DNA of 63,676 bases from Betaproteobacteria bacterium. Lineage in GTDB: Bacteria > Pseudomonadota > Gammaproteobacteria > Burkholderiales > SG8-41. Shown here in pieces: positions 27,938-41,612 of this stretch. A program made the position numbers and the translations under genes. The number at the start of each line of letters is the position of its first letter. Position 1 is the first letter of the stretch. A model generated the notes under the pieces. The model was not told the origin of the DNA and ran no database searches. It saw only the letters and a program-made list of their open reading frames with translations. The stretch covers positions 1-63,676 of the forward strand of contig RPOR01000006.1 of NCBI GenBank assembly GCA_003820645.1. Direction: 5' to 3'.

Positions 27938-28246
27938 TCATTGCTTCCCTGGCGGCGTCTCTGCACGATCCGGCGCGTGCTCCAGCACCTGGAAAAAAAT
28001 TTCATCGCGCCTGATCATACCCAGTTCACTGCGCGCCCGCTCCTCGATGGCTTCCATTCCCTGCTTCAGATCGCGAACCTCTGCATCGAGTGAGGCGTTG
28101 CGTGCCTGCATGCGGGCATTGGTTTCACGCTGCGCTTCGATCTGACGTTCCATCTCCCACACCCGCAGCAGCCCCCCCTTGCCCAACCACAGCGGATACT
28201 GGAGCAGCAGGAGAAGTGCGGCGAGCGTTATCGCGAGCAGTCGCAT
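27938..28246 (-). CDS. ftsB: Cell division protein FtsB (septum formation initiator)
   Basis: 102 aa. N-terminal TM helix ([18 protein letters not shown]) followed by a coiled coil. Conserved position upstream of eno. Confidence 0.9.
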   Translation of the reverse strand: MRLLAITLAALLLLLQYPLWLGKGGLLRVWEMERQIEAQRETNARMQARNASLDAEVRDLKQGMEAIEERARSELGMIRRDEIFFQVLEHAPDRAETPPGKQ

Positions 28247-28281
28247 GGCGTCAGCGCCGACTGGCGCTCCGCCGGAAAAGC

Positions 28282-29583
<1,302 letters not shown>

Positions 29584-29592
29584 TCAACCGGT

Positions 29593-30429
29593 TTAAAGGC
29601 TCATTTCCGCAAAACCTTCACCCTTGACCAGCGCATCCACTGCGATCAGGGTCTTCAGCAACGTCCGCATTTTCGGCAACGGCCAGGCATTCGGCCCGTC
29701 CGACAGCGCTTTCTCCGGCCGCGGGTGGGTTTCCATGAACAGTCCGGAGATGCCGCTGGCCACGGCTGCGCGTGCCAGTACCGGCACGAACTCGCGCTGG
29801 CCGCCGCTGCTGGTACCCTGCCCGCCGGGCAACTGCACTGAATGCGTGGCATCAAACACCACCGGGCATCCGGTGTTGCGCATGATCATCAGCGAACGCA
29901 TGTCCGATACCAGGTTGTTGTAGCCGAAGGAGACGCCGCGCTCGCAGACCATGATGTTGTCAGTACCGCTGGCAGCGCGCGCCTTGTCGACGACATTGAC
30001 CATGTCGCCCGGCGCGAGGAACTGGCCTTTCTTGATATTGACCGGCTTGCCGGCTGCAGCGGCAGCACAGATGAAATCGGTCTGCCGGCACAGGAATGCA
30101 GGGGTCTGCAGCACGTCGACCGCAGCGGCAACCTGGGCAATCTCCTCGATCGCATGCACATCGGTGAGGACCGGAACGCCGATGGTCTTGCCCACATCGG
30201 CCAGTATCTCCAGCCCTTTGTCCATGCCCAGTCCACGAAACGACTTGATCGAGCTGCGGTTGGCCTTGTCGTAGGACGATTTGTAGATGAACGGCACGTT
30301 CAGTTCCGCGCAGATCCGCTTCAGTTCTCCGGCTGTATCCATCGCCATGTCACGCGACTCAACGACACAGGGGCCCGCAATCAGGAACAACGGTCGATCG
30401 AGTCCGACCTCGAATCCGCAAAGCTTCAT
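29593..30429 (-). CDS. kdsA: 3-deoxy-8-phosphooctulonate (KDO-8-P) synthase
   Basis: [24 protein letters not shown]...[14 protein letters not shown]...[12 protein letters not shown]. Confidence 0.97.
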   Translation of the reverse strand: MKLCGFEVGLDRPLFLIAGPCVVESRDMAMDTAGELKRICAELNVPFIYKSSYDKANRSSIKSFRGLGMDKGLEILADVGKTIGVPVLTDVHAIEEIAQVAAAVDVLQTPAFLCRQTDFICAAAAAGKPVNIKKGQFLAPGDMVNVVDKARAASGTDNIMVCERGVSFGYNNLVSDMRSLMIMRNTGCPVVFDATHSVQLPGGQGTSSGGQREFVPVLARAAVASGISGLFMETHPRPEKALSDGPNAWPLPKMRTLLKTLIAVDALVKGEGFAEMSL

Positions 30430-30461
30430 GACCGGAGTTCGCTCATTGAATGGCTTCCCGC

Positions 30462-32168
<1,707 letters not shown>

Positions 32169-32211
32169 TTATTTTATCGCAATTCGCGCGGTCGTCCAAG
32201 CAAAGCGCCGC

Positions 32212-34596
32212 TCAGGCCGGCTTGGCGCCGCGTGCCAGATAGAGCCAGGTCTCGACCACGGTATCGGGGTTCAGGGACAGGCTCTCGATGCCTTCCCCGA
32301 CCAGCCATTCGGCCAGATCCGGATGATCCGAAGGTCCCTGCCCGCAGATGCCGACATACTTTTTTGCCCTGCGGCAGGCGGCAATCGCCAGATGCAGCAT
32401 GTACTTGACCGCGGGGTCACGCTCATCAAAGGCCTCGGCGACCAGCCCTGAGTCACGATCCAGCGCCAGTGTCATCTGGGTCATGTCATTGGAACCGATC
32501 GAGAAACCGTCAAAATGCTCGAGGAACTGGTCAGCAAGGACAGCGTTGGAGGGGATTTCGCACATCATGATGATACGCAGGCCATTCTTGCCACGCTCGA
32601 GGCCGTTTTCGGCCAGCAGCTGCAGCACTTTCCGGGCTTCCGCCACCGTGCGCACGAACGGCACCATGAGCTCGACATTGGTCAGCCCCATTTCGTCACG
32701 GACTTTTTTCATCGCGCGGCACTCCAGTTCGAAACACTCCCGGAATGACGGTGCGATATAACGTCCGGCGCCGCGAAAACCCAGCATCGGGTTTTCCTCG
32801 TGCGGTTCGTAGCGCGAACCGCCGGTCAGGCTGGAATATTCGTTGGACTTAAAATCCGACAGGCGCACGATGACCGGCTTCGGCCAGAATGCCGCGCCCA
32901 GCGTCGACACGCCTTCGGCCAGCTTGTCGACATAAAAACTGACCGGATCGGCATAACCGGCGCTATGCTCCTCGACTGCAACCTTCAAATCGGGGCTGAG
33001 ATCGGGATAAGCCAGCACCGCCTTGGGATGCACGCCGATCATGCGCGCGATGATAAATTCCAGCCGCGCGAGGCCTACCCCTTCATTGGGCAGGCGCTGG
33101 AACTCGAAGGCCAGTTCGGGGTTGCCGACGTTCATGGTGATTTTCACCGGCGACTTCGGCATGCTCGACAGCGAAAGATCGATGACCTCGGTCTGCAGTT
33201 CGCCGCGGTAGACGAAGCCGGTGTCGCCTTCGGCACACGATACGGTGACCAGTTTGGCATCTTTCAGCACCTGGGTCGCATCACCACAGCCGACCACCGC
33301 CGGGATACCGAGTTCCCGGGCAATGATCGCCGCATGGCAGGTGCGGCCGCCGCGGTTGGTAATGATCGCCGACGCGCGCTTCATTACCGGCTCCCAGTCG
33401 GGATCGGTCATGTCGGTCACCAGCACGTCACCCGGTTTGACACGGTCCATTTCCGCAGCGCTCTTGATCAGCCGGACCGGTCCGCTACCGATGCGCTGGC
33501 CGATCGCGCGACCGGTGGCCAGCACCTCGGAACGCTCCTTCAGCCGGTAGCGACGCAGGGTGTCGACCTTTTCGCTGGCTTTCACGGTCTCCGGTCGCGC
33601 CTGCAGGATGTACAGCTTGCCGTCGTTGCCGTCTTTGCCCCACTCGATATCCATCGGCCGCTGGTAATGTGCCTCGATGATCATCGCGTAGCGCGCGAGT
33701 TCGTTCACTTCCGCATCCGTGATCGAAAAGCGGCGACGCTCGGCCTCCGGCACCTCGATGGTCCGCACCGACTTGCCCGCCTGGCGGTCATCGGTAAACA
33801 CCATGCGCAGCGCCTTGGAACCCATTCCGCGCCGCAGAATCGCACTCTTGCCTTCCTGCAGCCCGCGCTTGTAGACGTAAAACTCGTCGGGATTGACCTG
33901 TCCCTGCACCACCGTTTCACCGAGCCCGTACGCCGACGTAATGAACACCACCTGATCGAAGCCGGATTCGGTATCGAGCGTGAACATCACCCCGCTGGAT
34001 CCCTTGTCACTGCGTACCATGCGTTGCACTGCAGCCGACAGCGCGACCTCGTCGTGTGTGAACCCCTTGTGTACGCGATAGGAAATGGCCCGGTCGTTGT
34101 ACAGCGATGCGAACACCTGCCGGATCGCATCCAGCAGGTTATCGAGGCCATGCACATTGAGGAAAGTCTCCTGCTGACCGGCGAACGACGCATCGGGCAG
34201 GTCCTCGGCCGTCGCCGAGGATCGCACCGCAAACGTCACACCAGCACCTGAGTCCTTGACCAACCGTTCATAGGCGAACTCGATCGCGTTGCGGAACTCG
34301 GGACTGAAAGCCTGTCCGACGATCCAGCTGCGGATGTCGCGGCCTGCTGCCGTCAGCGCATTGACATCGTCGGCGTCCAGGCTCACCAGCCGCTGCGATA
34401 TGCGATCAGCGAGACCGTTCTGCGCGAGGAACAGGCGATAAGCGTCGGCCGTCGTCGCGAATCCGCCCGGCACCCGCACACCGGCACCAGCCAACTGACT
34501 GATCATTTCACCCAGCGAGGCATTTTTGCCACCGACCCGCCCCACGTCATCCATGCGCAGCGCGCCGAGTTCAACCACCAGTTCCTTGCCGGTCAT
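32212..34596 (-). CDS. ppsA: Phosphoenolpyruvate synthase (pyruvate, water dikinase)
   Basis: [11 protein letters not shown]..., phosphohistidine region [21 protein letters not shown], and a C-terminal PEP-utilising domain. I prefer the ATG at 34596 (AAGGAA SD) over the TTG at 34626. Confidence 0.96.
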   Translation of the reverse strand: MTGKELVVELGALRMDDVGRVGGKNASLGEMISQLAGAGVRVPGGFATTADAYRLFLAQNGLADRISQRLVSLDADDVNALTAAGRDIRSWIVGQAFSPEFRNAIEFAYERLVKDSGAGVTFAVRSSATAEDLPDASFAGQQETFLNVHGLDNLLDAIRQVFASLYNDRAISYRVHKGFTHDEVALSAAVQRMVRSDKGSSGVMFTLDTESGFDQVVFITSAYGLGETVVQGQVNPDEFYVYKRGLQEGKSAILRRGMGSKALRMVFTDDRQAGKSVRTIEVPEAERRRFSITDAEVNELARYAMIIEAHYQRPMDIEWGKDGNDGKLYILQARPETVKASEKVDTLRRYRLKERSEVLATGRAIGQRIGSGPVRLIKSAAEMDRVKPGDVLVTDMTDPDWEPVMKRASAIITNRGGRTCHAAIIARELGIPAVVGCGDATQVLKDAKLVTVSCAEGDTGFVYRGELQTEVIDLSLSSMPKSPVKITMNVGNPELAFEFQRLPNEGVGLARLEFIIARMIGVHPKAVLAYPDLSPDLKVAVEEHSAGYADPVSFYVDKLAEGVSTLGAAFWPKPVIVRLSDFKSNEYSSLTGGSRYEPHEENPMLGFRGAGRYIAPSFRECFELECRAMKKVRDEMGLTNVELMVPFVRTVAEARKVLQLLAENGLERGKNGLRIIMMCEIPSNAVLADQFLEHFDGFSIGSNDMTQMTLALDRDSGLVAEAFDERDPAVKYMLHLAIAACRRAKKYVGICGQGPSDHPDLAEWLVGEGIESLSLNPDTVVETWLYLARGAKPA

Positions 34597-34665
34597 GCCG
34601 ATTTCCTTGATTGTAAGCCGCGTCAAAAGCAGCTATTTTACCGAATCCCCAATCCGGTTCCGAGC

Positions 34666-35490
34666 ATGAACGCCTCCCGCACCGCTTTTTTTGTATCCGA
34701 CCGCACCGGCATCACCGCTGAAATGCTCGGCCACAGTCTACTGACCCAGTTTGAGGGTGTTCGCCTCAAGGAAATCACCGTTCCGTTCATCGATTCCGCG
34801 GATAAAGCCCGGGAATTCGTCAAGCAGATCAACGACACCGGCACCAAGGACTGCGTCAGGCCGATTGTCATCAGTACGCTGGTCAATACCGAAATTGCCA
34901 GCATCGTCGCCACCGCCAACGCCTTATTCCTTGATTCTTTTGAGATATTCATTGCGCCACTGGAAAAGGAACTGGGCGTCAGTGCATCCCATGCCGTCGG
35001 TCGATCGCACAGCGCCCATGATTTCGCGAACTATCACCACCGGATCGAAGCCGTGAACTATGCGTTGTCGCATGACGATGGCGTATCGAAGCGTGAATTG
35101 AGCGAGGCCGATGTGATCCTAGTGGGCGTTTCGCGGTGCGGGAAAACGCCAACATGCCTGTACCTGGCGATGCAGTTTGGCATCCGTGCGGCCAACTATC
35201 CGCTGATTCCGGAGGATTTCAGCAGCATGCAACTGCCCTCGCAGATCAAGTCGTTGCGCAATCGCCTCTATGGCCTGACCATCCGGCCCGCACGGTTGCA
35301 GCAGATACGCAACGAGCGCCGCCCGGGAAGCAAATATGCGACGCTGTCGAACTGCGAATTCGAGATCCGCGAAGCCGAAGCGCTGATGCGGCAGGAGGGC
35401 ATTCCGTACCTCGATGTGACCAGTAAATCGGTCGAAGAACTGGCCGCCACCATTCTGCAGGCAGCCAAACTGGAACGGCGGATTTACTGA
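34666..35490 (+). CDS. ppsR: Pyruvate, water dikinase regulatory protein (PEP synthase kinase/pyrophosphorylase, DUF299)
   Basis: [22 protein letters not shown]... plus the P-loop [19 protein letters not shown]. Divergent from ppsA. Confidence 0.94.
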   Translation: MNASRTAFFVSDRTGITAEMLGHSLLTQFEGVRLKEITVPFIDSADKAREFVKQINDTGTKDCVRPIVISTLVNTEIASIVATANALFLDSFEIFIAPLEKELGVSASHAVGRSHSAHDFANYHHRIEAVNYALSHDDGVSKRELSEADVILVGVSRCGKTPTCLYLAMQFGIRAANYPLIPEDFSSMQLPSQIKSLRNRLYGLTIRPARLQQIRNERRPGSKYATLSNCEFEIREAEALMRQEGIPYLDVTSKSVEELAATILQAAKLERRIY

Positions 35491-36266
35491 CCCCGCAGTT
35501 GCCGTACCCGTTCGAACAGGCAGACTGCGGCGGCAGCACCGACGTTCAGCGACTCGGCGCGGCCCGGCATCGGAATATGCACCGTGCGATGCGCCAGCGC
35601 AGCCAGCGACGATGACAGACCTGCCCCCTCGTTGCCGAACAGCAGCGCCACCTCGCCAGCCAGATCGGCATCAAACACCGGCGTCCCGCGACCAACGCAA
35701 GTGGCGATAATGCGCCCCGGATAACGCTGCGCCAGTGCCAGCAGATCCACACCCTCAATGACGCGCAATGCAAAATGCGCACCCATGCCGGCACGCAATA
35801 CCCGTGGCGACCAGGCATGCACCGAATGCCGCGACAGGCACACGGTGGCGATACCTGACGCTGCTGCCGATCGCAGGATCGAGCCGACATTTCCCGGATC
35901 CTGGATGTCCTCAAGCCACACGCTCGCCCCTTCGAGCACCTGGGGCATCGCGACGCGCGGCGTCGGCACGATGGCGATAATGCCGGTGGGCGTCGCCACC
36001 GATGACAATTGACGGAACAGGACCTCCGGCAACACCATTACCTGCGCGGCATTCAGTCTGGCCAGCAGACGCAACACCTCGTCGTTCTCCGCACCGCTGC
36101 GGCTCAACACGATCTCACGGGGCGTGCCGATGTGCTCTGCGTAAGCTGCGACCAGATGAATGCCGTCAAGCAGCGACAGTCCGGCAGTACGCCGTTCGCG
36201 CGCCGACTGCACCAGTTTCAGCAGCGCGCGGAATCGCGGATTATCGGCAGAGGTAATGGATTTCAA
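35484..36266 (-). CDS. TrmH/SpoU-family RNA 2'-O-methyltransferase
   Basis: SpoU_sub_bind-like N-terminus ([10 protein letters not shown]) and SPOUT motifs ([19 protein letters not shown]; [11 protein letters not shown]; [18 protein letters not shown]). TTG start. 7-nt convergent overlap with ppsR. Confidence 0.85.
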   Translation of the reverse strand: MKSITSADNPRFRALLKLVQSARERRTAGLSLLDGIHLVAAYAEHIGTPREIVLSRSGAENDEVLRLLARLNAAQVMVLPEVLFRQLSSVATPTGIIAIVPTPRVAMPQVLEGASVWLEDIQDPGNVGSILRSAAASGIATVCLSRHSVHAWSPRVLRAGMGAHFALRVIEGVDLLALAQRYPGRIIATCVGRGTPVFDADLAGEVALLFGNEGAGLSSSLAALAHRTVHIPMPGRAESLNVGAAAAVCLFERVRQLRGQ

Positions 36267-36302
36267 ATGGGCTACCTGACCCTGGTCATTCAGCGCAAAA
36301 TT

Positions 36303-37592
36303 CTATAACGCACAGGTACGGAAACCGGCAAATACGTCGCGCCGGTCCGGAGTATAGAAGTTACGCCAGGTATTGCGGATCAGGCCGGCCCGTGTGGCAT
36401 GGCAACCGCCGCGCAGCACCTTGTGGCTGCCGAACCATGGTTCGGAGTATTCCGCGTACGGGTCGCGGACGAAACCCGGGTACGGCTGAAACCAGTCGGC
36501 GGTCCACTCCCATACATTGCCGATCATCTGGCGTATTCCCCAGGCACTGTCTCCGGCGGCGCAAGCACCTACATCCACGCAGCCGCCGGCCGTGCCGTGC
36601 AGATTGGCCGTTGCCGTCGTCGGGGCTGCGTCTCCCCAAGGATAGCGGCGTTTGATCCCCGGCTGGTCCGGCACCGTCGCTGCCGCAAACTCCCATTCCG
36701 CTTCGCTCGGCAACCGCCGCCCCGCCCACCTGCACCAGGCAGCCGCCTCATGCCAATTGACGTGCATCGCCGGCTGGTCGGGCGGCACCGGTTCCACGAC
36801 ATCAAAGCGTCTGCGCAGCCAGCTGCCGCCGTCACGATGCCAGTAAAGCGGCGCAAGTGCGCCCTCGCCGCTGCGCCATGCCCAGCCGTCCCGGCTCCAC
36901 CAGCGGCGGTCCCGATACCCGCCGGCATCGACGAATTCCGCAAACTGCGCATTGCTTACCGGAGTGCGCGCCATGCGAAACGGCCGCACTTCCACGCCAT
37001 GCGCCCATTTCTCGTTGTCGAAAACAAACGTGCCGTCATCGACTGCACCCAGCGAAAATCGTCCACCGGCAATTGCCACATCCCCGGTGCAGGAGCCGGC
37101 GGCGGCATACCGCTTTCCTGGCGGCTCGGGATAACCCAGGGTCTGCCGCGTATAAGTGAGAGCCTCGCAATGCATCTCCTCATGCAAAGCGCATAGCTGC
37201 AGAAAATATTGCAGCGCCGGATCTCCGCCATCCTGTGCCAGGAGCGCAGCGACTGCCGATCGCACATCCGCAAGATAGCGCAACGTGCCGGCAACGTCCG
37301 GCAACGGCAGGTCCCAGCGCTCGCGATGGGATACCAGCGCAGAATCGTACAAGGCATCAGCGTTCCGCAGCAGGCTCGGCGCGAGCGTCCCCGCAACGCC
37401 GCGGCGCAGACACCAGCGTTCCTCGAACCACCCGAGATGCCCCACTTCCCACAGCGGTGGATTGACGATGGCCAGCCGGGGACCCAGCCACTGGTCTGGA
37501 GACAAGCTGTTCACCAGCGCCAGCGTGCGCGACCGTGCCGCATCGAGTGCGGCGCGTGATGCGGATCCGGTGCGCAGTTCAAAATCAGTCAT
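36303..37592 (-). CDS. senA: EgtB-family non-haem-iron sulfoxide/selenoxide synthase (DinB_2 + FGE-sulfatase domains); candidate selenoneine synthase SenA
   Basis: N-terminal DinB-like domain with PPLWEVGHLGWFEERW and the iron-binding motif LHEEMHCEAL. C-terminal FGE/SUMF1-like domain (NVWEWTADWFQPYPGF...VLRGGCHAT). The SenA rather than EgtB call rests only on adjacency to the senB-like glycosyltransferase. I use the ATG at 37592. Confidence 0.6.
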   Translation of the reverse strand: MTDFELRTGSASRAALDAARSRTLALVNSLSPDQWLGPRLAIVNPPLWEVGHLGWFEERWCLRRGVAGTLAPSLLRNADALYDSALVSHRERWDLPLPDVAGTLRYLADVRSAVAALLAQDGGDPALQYFLQLCALHEEMHCEALTYTRQTLGYPEPPGKRYAAAGSCTGDVAIAGGRFSLGAVDDGTFVFDNEKWAHGVEVRPFRMARTPVSNAQFAEFVDAGGYRDRRWWSRDGWAWRSGEGALAPLYWHRDGGSWLRRRFDVVEPVPPDQPAMHVNWHEAAAWCRWAGRRLPSEAEWEFAAATVPDQPGIKRRYPWGDAAPTTATANLHGTAGGCVDVGACAAGDSAWGIRQMIGNVWEWTADWFQPYPGFVRDPYAEYSEPWFGSHKVLRGGCHATRAGLIRNTWRNFYTPDRRDVFAGFRTCAL

Positions 37593-37625
37593 CGCGGGCG
37601 CGGGTTTGTTATATTGGCTCGCAGT

Positions 37626-37637
37626 GTATCCGGATAC
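37626..37637. promoter_or_regulatory. Perfect 12-nt palindrome (candidate operator) in the 52-bp senA/senB divergent intergenic region
   Basis: GTATCCGGATAC is its own reverse complement. It ends 8 nt before the senB ATG, where an SD would normally sit. Confidence 0.25.
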
Positions 37638-37644
37638 GCCGTTG

Positions 37645-38589
37645 ATGAATATTGCCCTGATCACCCCCGCCGCCGCACGATCCCGTTACGGCAACCGCAA
37701 CACAGCGACGCGCTGGGCGCAGATGCTGCGCGAACTTGGCCATCGGGTCGGTATCCAGCAAACCTGGAATGGGCGCAGCGCCGGCCTCATGCTGGCCTTG
37801 CACGCCAGGCGCAGCCATGACTCGATTGTCCGCTTTGCAGAGCGTTATCCCGAGCGCCCGCTGATCGTTGCGCTGACCGGAACTGACCTCTATCGCGATA
37901 TCCATATCGATGCAAATGCACAGGAATCTCTGGAACTGGCGACACGAATGGTGGTGTTGCAGGACATGGGGCTGCGGGAACTTGCGCCGCGCCTGCGGCG
38001 CAAGACCCGTGTGATCTACCAGTCCTGCGCGCCGATTCCCCGACAGCAGGCCATCCGGTCGTGTTTTGAAATCGTCATCAGCGGCCACTTGCGCGAAGAA
38101 AAAGATCCGTTCTGCGGCGCGACGGCACTGCGCTATCTGCCTGAAGCAAGCCGCATCCGCATCACTCACATTGGTGGTGCGCGCGATCCCGCGCTCGCCG
38201 TCGCGGCCCGCCACTGGATGCAACACCAACCGCGTTATGTCTGGCTGGGCGAACTGAACCGCCCGCATGCGCTGGCCACCCTGGCACGCGCCCGTGCCAT
38301 GCTGATCAGCTCGCACATGGAGGGCGGTGCCAACGTCATCAGCGAGGCGCTGACCGCGCGGACGCCAGTGATCGCCTCCCGCATCCCGGGCAATATCGGC
38401 ATGCTGGGTCGCCGCTACGCGGGTTATTACCCACCCGGCGATGCGCAGGCACTGGCAAAGCTGTTGGTCAAGATCGAAACTCGGCCTGAATTTCTGGCGA
38501 CCCTGCGGCGGCAATGCGCCGAACGCCGCAAGCTGATCAGCGTGACGCAGGAACGGCGCGGACTGCGGGAATTGCTGCGCGGGCTGTAG
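37645..38589 (+). CDS. senB: GT-B (family 1-like) glycosyltransferase; candidate selenosugar synthase SenB (TIGR04348-like)
   Basis: 314 aa. N-terminus MNIALITPAAARSRYGNRNTATRWAQMLRELGHRV matches my recollection of the SelD/EgtB-associated glycosyltransferase family. C-terminal GT1-type motif (SSHMEGGANVISEAL...PVIASRIPGNIGML). I use the ATG at 37645. The upstream 120 codons of the ORF are antisense to senA. Confidence 0.55.
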   Translation: MNIALITPAAARSRYGNRNTATRWAQMLRELGHRVGIQQTWNGRSAGLMLALHARRSHDSIVRFAERYPERPLIVALTGTDLYRDIHIDANAQESLELATRMVVLQDMGLRELAPRLRRKTRVIYQSCAPIPRQQAIRSCFEIVISGHLREEKDPFCGATALRYLPEASRIRITHIGGARDPALAVAARHWMQHQPRYVWLGELNRPHALATLARARAMLISSHMEGGANVISEALTARTPVIASRIPGNIGMLGRRYAGYYPPGDAQALAKLLVKIETRPEFLATLRRQCAERRKLISVTQERRGLRELLRGL

Positions 38590-38623
38590 CCCGATAATAC
38601 TTATAAGTATTTGTTTTTATTTT

Positions 38624-39190
38624 TTATTTTGTTGCGGCGCGTACCGGTGCGAAACTCCGTCGATGTGCCGGCGTCGGTCCCAGCCGCCGCAATGCCGCCA
38701 TATGCAGTGCCGTACCGTAACCCTTGTGCCGGTCGAATCCGTAGTCGGGATAGACCGCATGCAGTTCTAGCATCAAGGCGTCCCGCGCCACCTTGGCCAA
38801 AATCGAGGCTGCCGAAATTGCCGGCACGGTGGCATCGCCCCTGATGACCGCGCGCGCCGGCATCCCGACCTGTGGCACCTGCGTGCCGTCCACCACGATT
38901 GCCGCCGGCTGCGGCGTCAGCGCCATCACCGCCCGCCGCATCGCCAGCAGGCTGGCCTGCAGGATGTTAATCGTGTCGATCTCCTCCACCGTTGCGCTGG
39001 CCACCGCCCAGCAGACCGCATGGCTTTTGATCTGCTCGGCCAGCGTGTCGCGACGTCGTGGCGTCAGTTTCTTGGAGTCAGCAAGACCGTCGATCCGCGG
39101 CGGATCATCGAGGATCACTGCTGCCGCAAACACCGGCCCGGCCAGCGGCCCGCGCCCGGCCTCGTCGACGCCACAGACCACCAGGCTCAT
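38624..39190 (-). CDS. rnhB: Ribonuclease HII
   Basis: [23 protein letters not shown]...ADSKKLT...VVDG. ATG at 39190 overlaps the lpxB stop by 4 nt. Confidence 0.95.
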   Translation of the reverse strand: MSLVVCGVDEAGRGPLAGPVFAAAVILDDPPRIDGLADSKKLTPRRRDTLAEQIKSHAVCWAVASATVEEIDTINILQASLLAMRRAVMALTPQPAAIVVDGTQVPQVGMPARAVIRGDATVPAISAASILAKVARDALMLELHAVYPDYGFDRHKGYGTALHMAALRRLGPTPAHRRSFAPVRAATK

Positions 39191-40359
39191 CGAGTGGCAC
39201 CGGTGAGGTATGGCAGTACGGCCGCGGCCGCCCGTTCGGCGGCGCCGTGCCGCAATTCGGCAGCCATGGTTGCGAAACGCTGCTCGATGGTGCGACGCCG
39301 GTCGATATCGTGCAGCAGATCGATGACCGCTGCCGACAGTGCTTCGGGGGTCGCCGCATCCTGCAGCAACTCGGGCACAACGAATTCTCCAGCAAGGATA
39401 TTCGGCAGGCCCACCCAAGGCTGATAACGCTGGCTCTTCATGATCCACCAGCTCAGGCGCGGCATGCGGTAGGTAATCACCATCGGACGCTGCAGCAGCG
39501 CAGCCTCCAGCGTTGCCGTGCCCGAGGCCACCAGCACGACATCGGCCGCGGCCATCGCCTGATGGGCGTGACCGAAGAGCAGCGATATCTCCAGTTCTCC
39601 GCTTTTCCGGCGGTACAGCGCGGCTTCAAACAATTCACGGGTCTGGCGATTGAGCAGCGGCACGAGCAGTCGCACGCCCTCAACCTGCGCCGCAATCTTC
39701 TCGGCAGCCGCAACAAACACATCGGCCAGGCTCTCCAGTTCACTGACTCGACTGCCCGGCAGCAACGCGACCACCGGCGTGGTGGCCGCGATTCGCAGTT
39801 CGGCACGCGCCTCGGCACGCGAGGGCGCATCGGCGAGCATGTCAGCCAGCGGATGTCCGACATAACTGACGGGCACGCCGGCCTTCTCGTAAATTGCAGC
39901 TTCGAACGGAAACACGGTCAGCATGCGGGATACTGCACGCCGGATCTTGCGGATGCGCCCGCCACGCCATGCCCAGATCGAGGGACTGACGTAATGCACG
40001 GTCGGGATACCAGCCCTCTTGAGGGCGGCTTCGAGATCGAGATTGAAATCCGGCGCATCGATGCCGATGAATACCGTCGGTCGCTCGGCGAGGAAGTATT
40101 TTCTCAGTTTGCGCCGGATGCCGATGATCTCGCGGTAATGCCGCAGCACTTCGACGTAACCACGCACCGCCAGTTTGTCCAGCGGAAACAGCGAATCCAC
40201 CCCTGCAGCAATCATCCGCGGGCCGCCAATGCCGACGAATCGTAGATCCGGCATGCGCGCCCGCAGTGCCCGTACCAGCGCCCCCCCGAGCAGATCCCCT
40301 GACGGTTCACCCGCAACAATTCCGACCAGCGGGCCCGCAGGCGTTGCTCTTGACGGCAC
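39187..40359 (-). CDS. lpxB: Lipid-A-disaccharide synthase
   Basis: [19 protein letters not shown]...GIGGPRM...[17 protein letters not shown] start. Confidence 0.95.
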   Translation of the reverse strand: MPSRATPAGPLVGIVAGEPSGDLLGGALVRALRARMPDLRFVGIGGPRMIAAGVDSLFPLDKLAVRGYVEVLRHYREIIGIRRKLRKYFLAERPTVFIGIDAPDFNLDLEAALKRAGIPTVHYVSPSIWAWRGGRIRKIRRAVSRMLTVFPFEAAIYEKAGVPVSYVGHPLADMLADAPSRAEARAELRIAATTPVVALLPGSRVSELESLADVFVAAAEKIAAQVEGVRLLVPLLNRQTRELFEAALYRRKSGELEISLLFGHAHQAMAAADVVLVASGTATLEAALLQRPMVITYRMPRLSWWIMKSQRYQPWVGLPNILAGEFVVPELLQDAATPEALSAAVIDLLHDIDRRRTIEQRFATMAAELRHGAAERAAAAVLPYLTGATR

Positions 40360-40364
40360 GGGGT

Positions 40365-41144
40365 TCAGCGGATAACGCCGCGGCCGGGCGTCGCCAGAAA
40401 TTCGGTCAGCAGCAGCAATTCGGGCTGCTGCACAGCGTCCGCGGTAATCTGTGCGCGGGCCGCTTCAAACGACAAGCCCGATTTGTAGAGCGTCTTGTAG
40501 GCACGCTTGATCGCGGCGATCGCGGCCGCTGAAAACCCGCGGCGCCGCAGGCCCTCGGTGTTGATGCCATGCGGCTGCGCCGTGTTGCCCGACGCCATCA
40601 CATAGGGCGGCAGGTCCTGCAGCAGGACCGTACTGATCGCCGTGATGCTGTGGGCGCCGACGCGGCAATACTGATGCACCCCCGTGAACCCGCCGAGGAT
40701 CGCGTGATCACCGACGTGGACATGCCCGGCGAGCTGCGCGTTGTTCGCAAAAATCGTGTGATTGCCGACTCGGCAGTCATGCGCAAGATGCACATAGGCC
40801 ATGATCCAGTTATGGTCGCCGATGCGGGTCACACCGGCATCCTGCACGGTACCGCGATTGAGCGTGCAGAACTCGCGAATGATGTTGTCGTCACCGATTT
40901 CCAGCCGCGTTGGCTCACCGCTGTATTTCTTGTCCTGCGGCGCTTCGCCAATCGAGCAGAACTGGTAGATCATGTTGCGCGCACCGATCCGGGTATGCAT
41001 GCCGATCACGACATGCGGGCCGATCCGGGTGGCAGCACCAATCTCGACATCGGCGCCGATGATCGAATACGGGCCGACGGTGACATCGGCAGCCAGCCGC
41101 GCCTGCGGGTCGACAATTGCAGTGGGATGAATGCGCGCAGCCAC
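40365..41144 (-). CDS. lpxA: Acyl-ACP--UDP-N-acetylglucosamine O-acyltransferase
   Basis: [26 protein letters not shown], with hexapeptide repeats throughout. Confidence 0.96.
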   Translation of the reverse strand: MAARIHPTAIVDPQARLAADVTVGPYSIIGADVEIGAATRIGPHVVIGMHTRIGARNMIYQFCSIGEAPQDKKYSGEPTRLEIGDDNIIREFCTLNRGTVQDAGVTRIGDHNWIMAYVHLAHDCRVGNHTIFANNAQLAGHVHVGDHAILGGFTGVHQYCRVGAHSITAISTVLLQDLPPYVMASGNTAQPHGINTEGLRRRGFSAAAIAAIKRAYKTLYKSGLSFEAARAQITADAVQQPELLLLTEFLATPGRGVIR

Positions 41145-41153
41145 GACTCTTGC

Positions 41154-41612
41154 TCAGGCCGCGTCGCCCGGCATGTCGCGCACCGTGCACATCAGGTCGG
41201 CTGCAGCCACCATGACATCACCGACGCGCGCTTCGGCCGCAAACTTCCAGATGCCACGCACGTGCCGCGTCAGCGTCACGTGCAGGTGCATTGCATCGCC
41301 CGCCGTCACCGGTCGCTTGAAGCGTGCGTTGTCAATGCCGACGAAATAATAGATCGACCGCTTGTTCGCCTTGGCACCCATGGTTGCGAACGACAGAATC
41401 GCCGCAGTCTGCGCCATCGCCTCGATGATCAGAACTCCGGGCATCACCGGATGGTGCGGAAAATGCCCGTTGAAAAACGGCTCGTTGATGGTGACATTTT
41501 TCAGCGCCTGTATGTTTTTTCCGGGCTCGTACGACAGCACGCGGTCGACCAGCAAAAACGGGTATCGATGCGGCAGATACCGCATGATTTCACTGATATC
41601 CATGCTGCTCAT
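41154..41612 (-). CDS. fabZ: 3-hydroxyacyl-ACP dehydratase
   Basis: [13 protein letters not shown]...[26 protein letters not shown]. Confidence 0.97.
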   Translation of the reverse strand: MSSMDISEIMRYLPHRYPFLLVDRVLSYEPGKNIQALKNVTINEPFFNGHFPHHPVMPGVLIIEAMAQTAAILSFATMGAKANKRSIYYFVGIDNARFKRPVTAGDAMHLHVTLTRHVRGIWKFAAEARVGDVMVAAADLMCTVRDMPGDAA

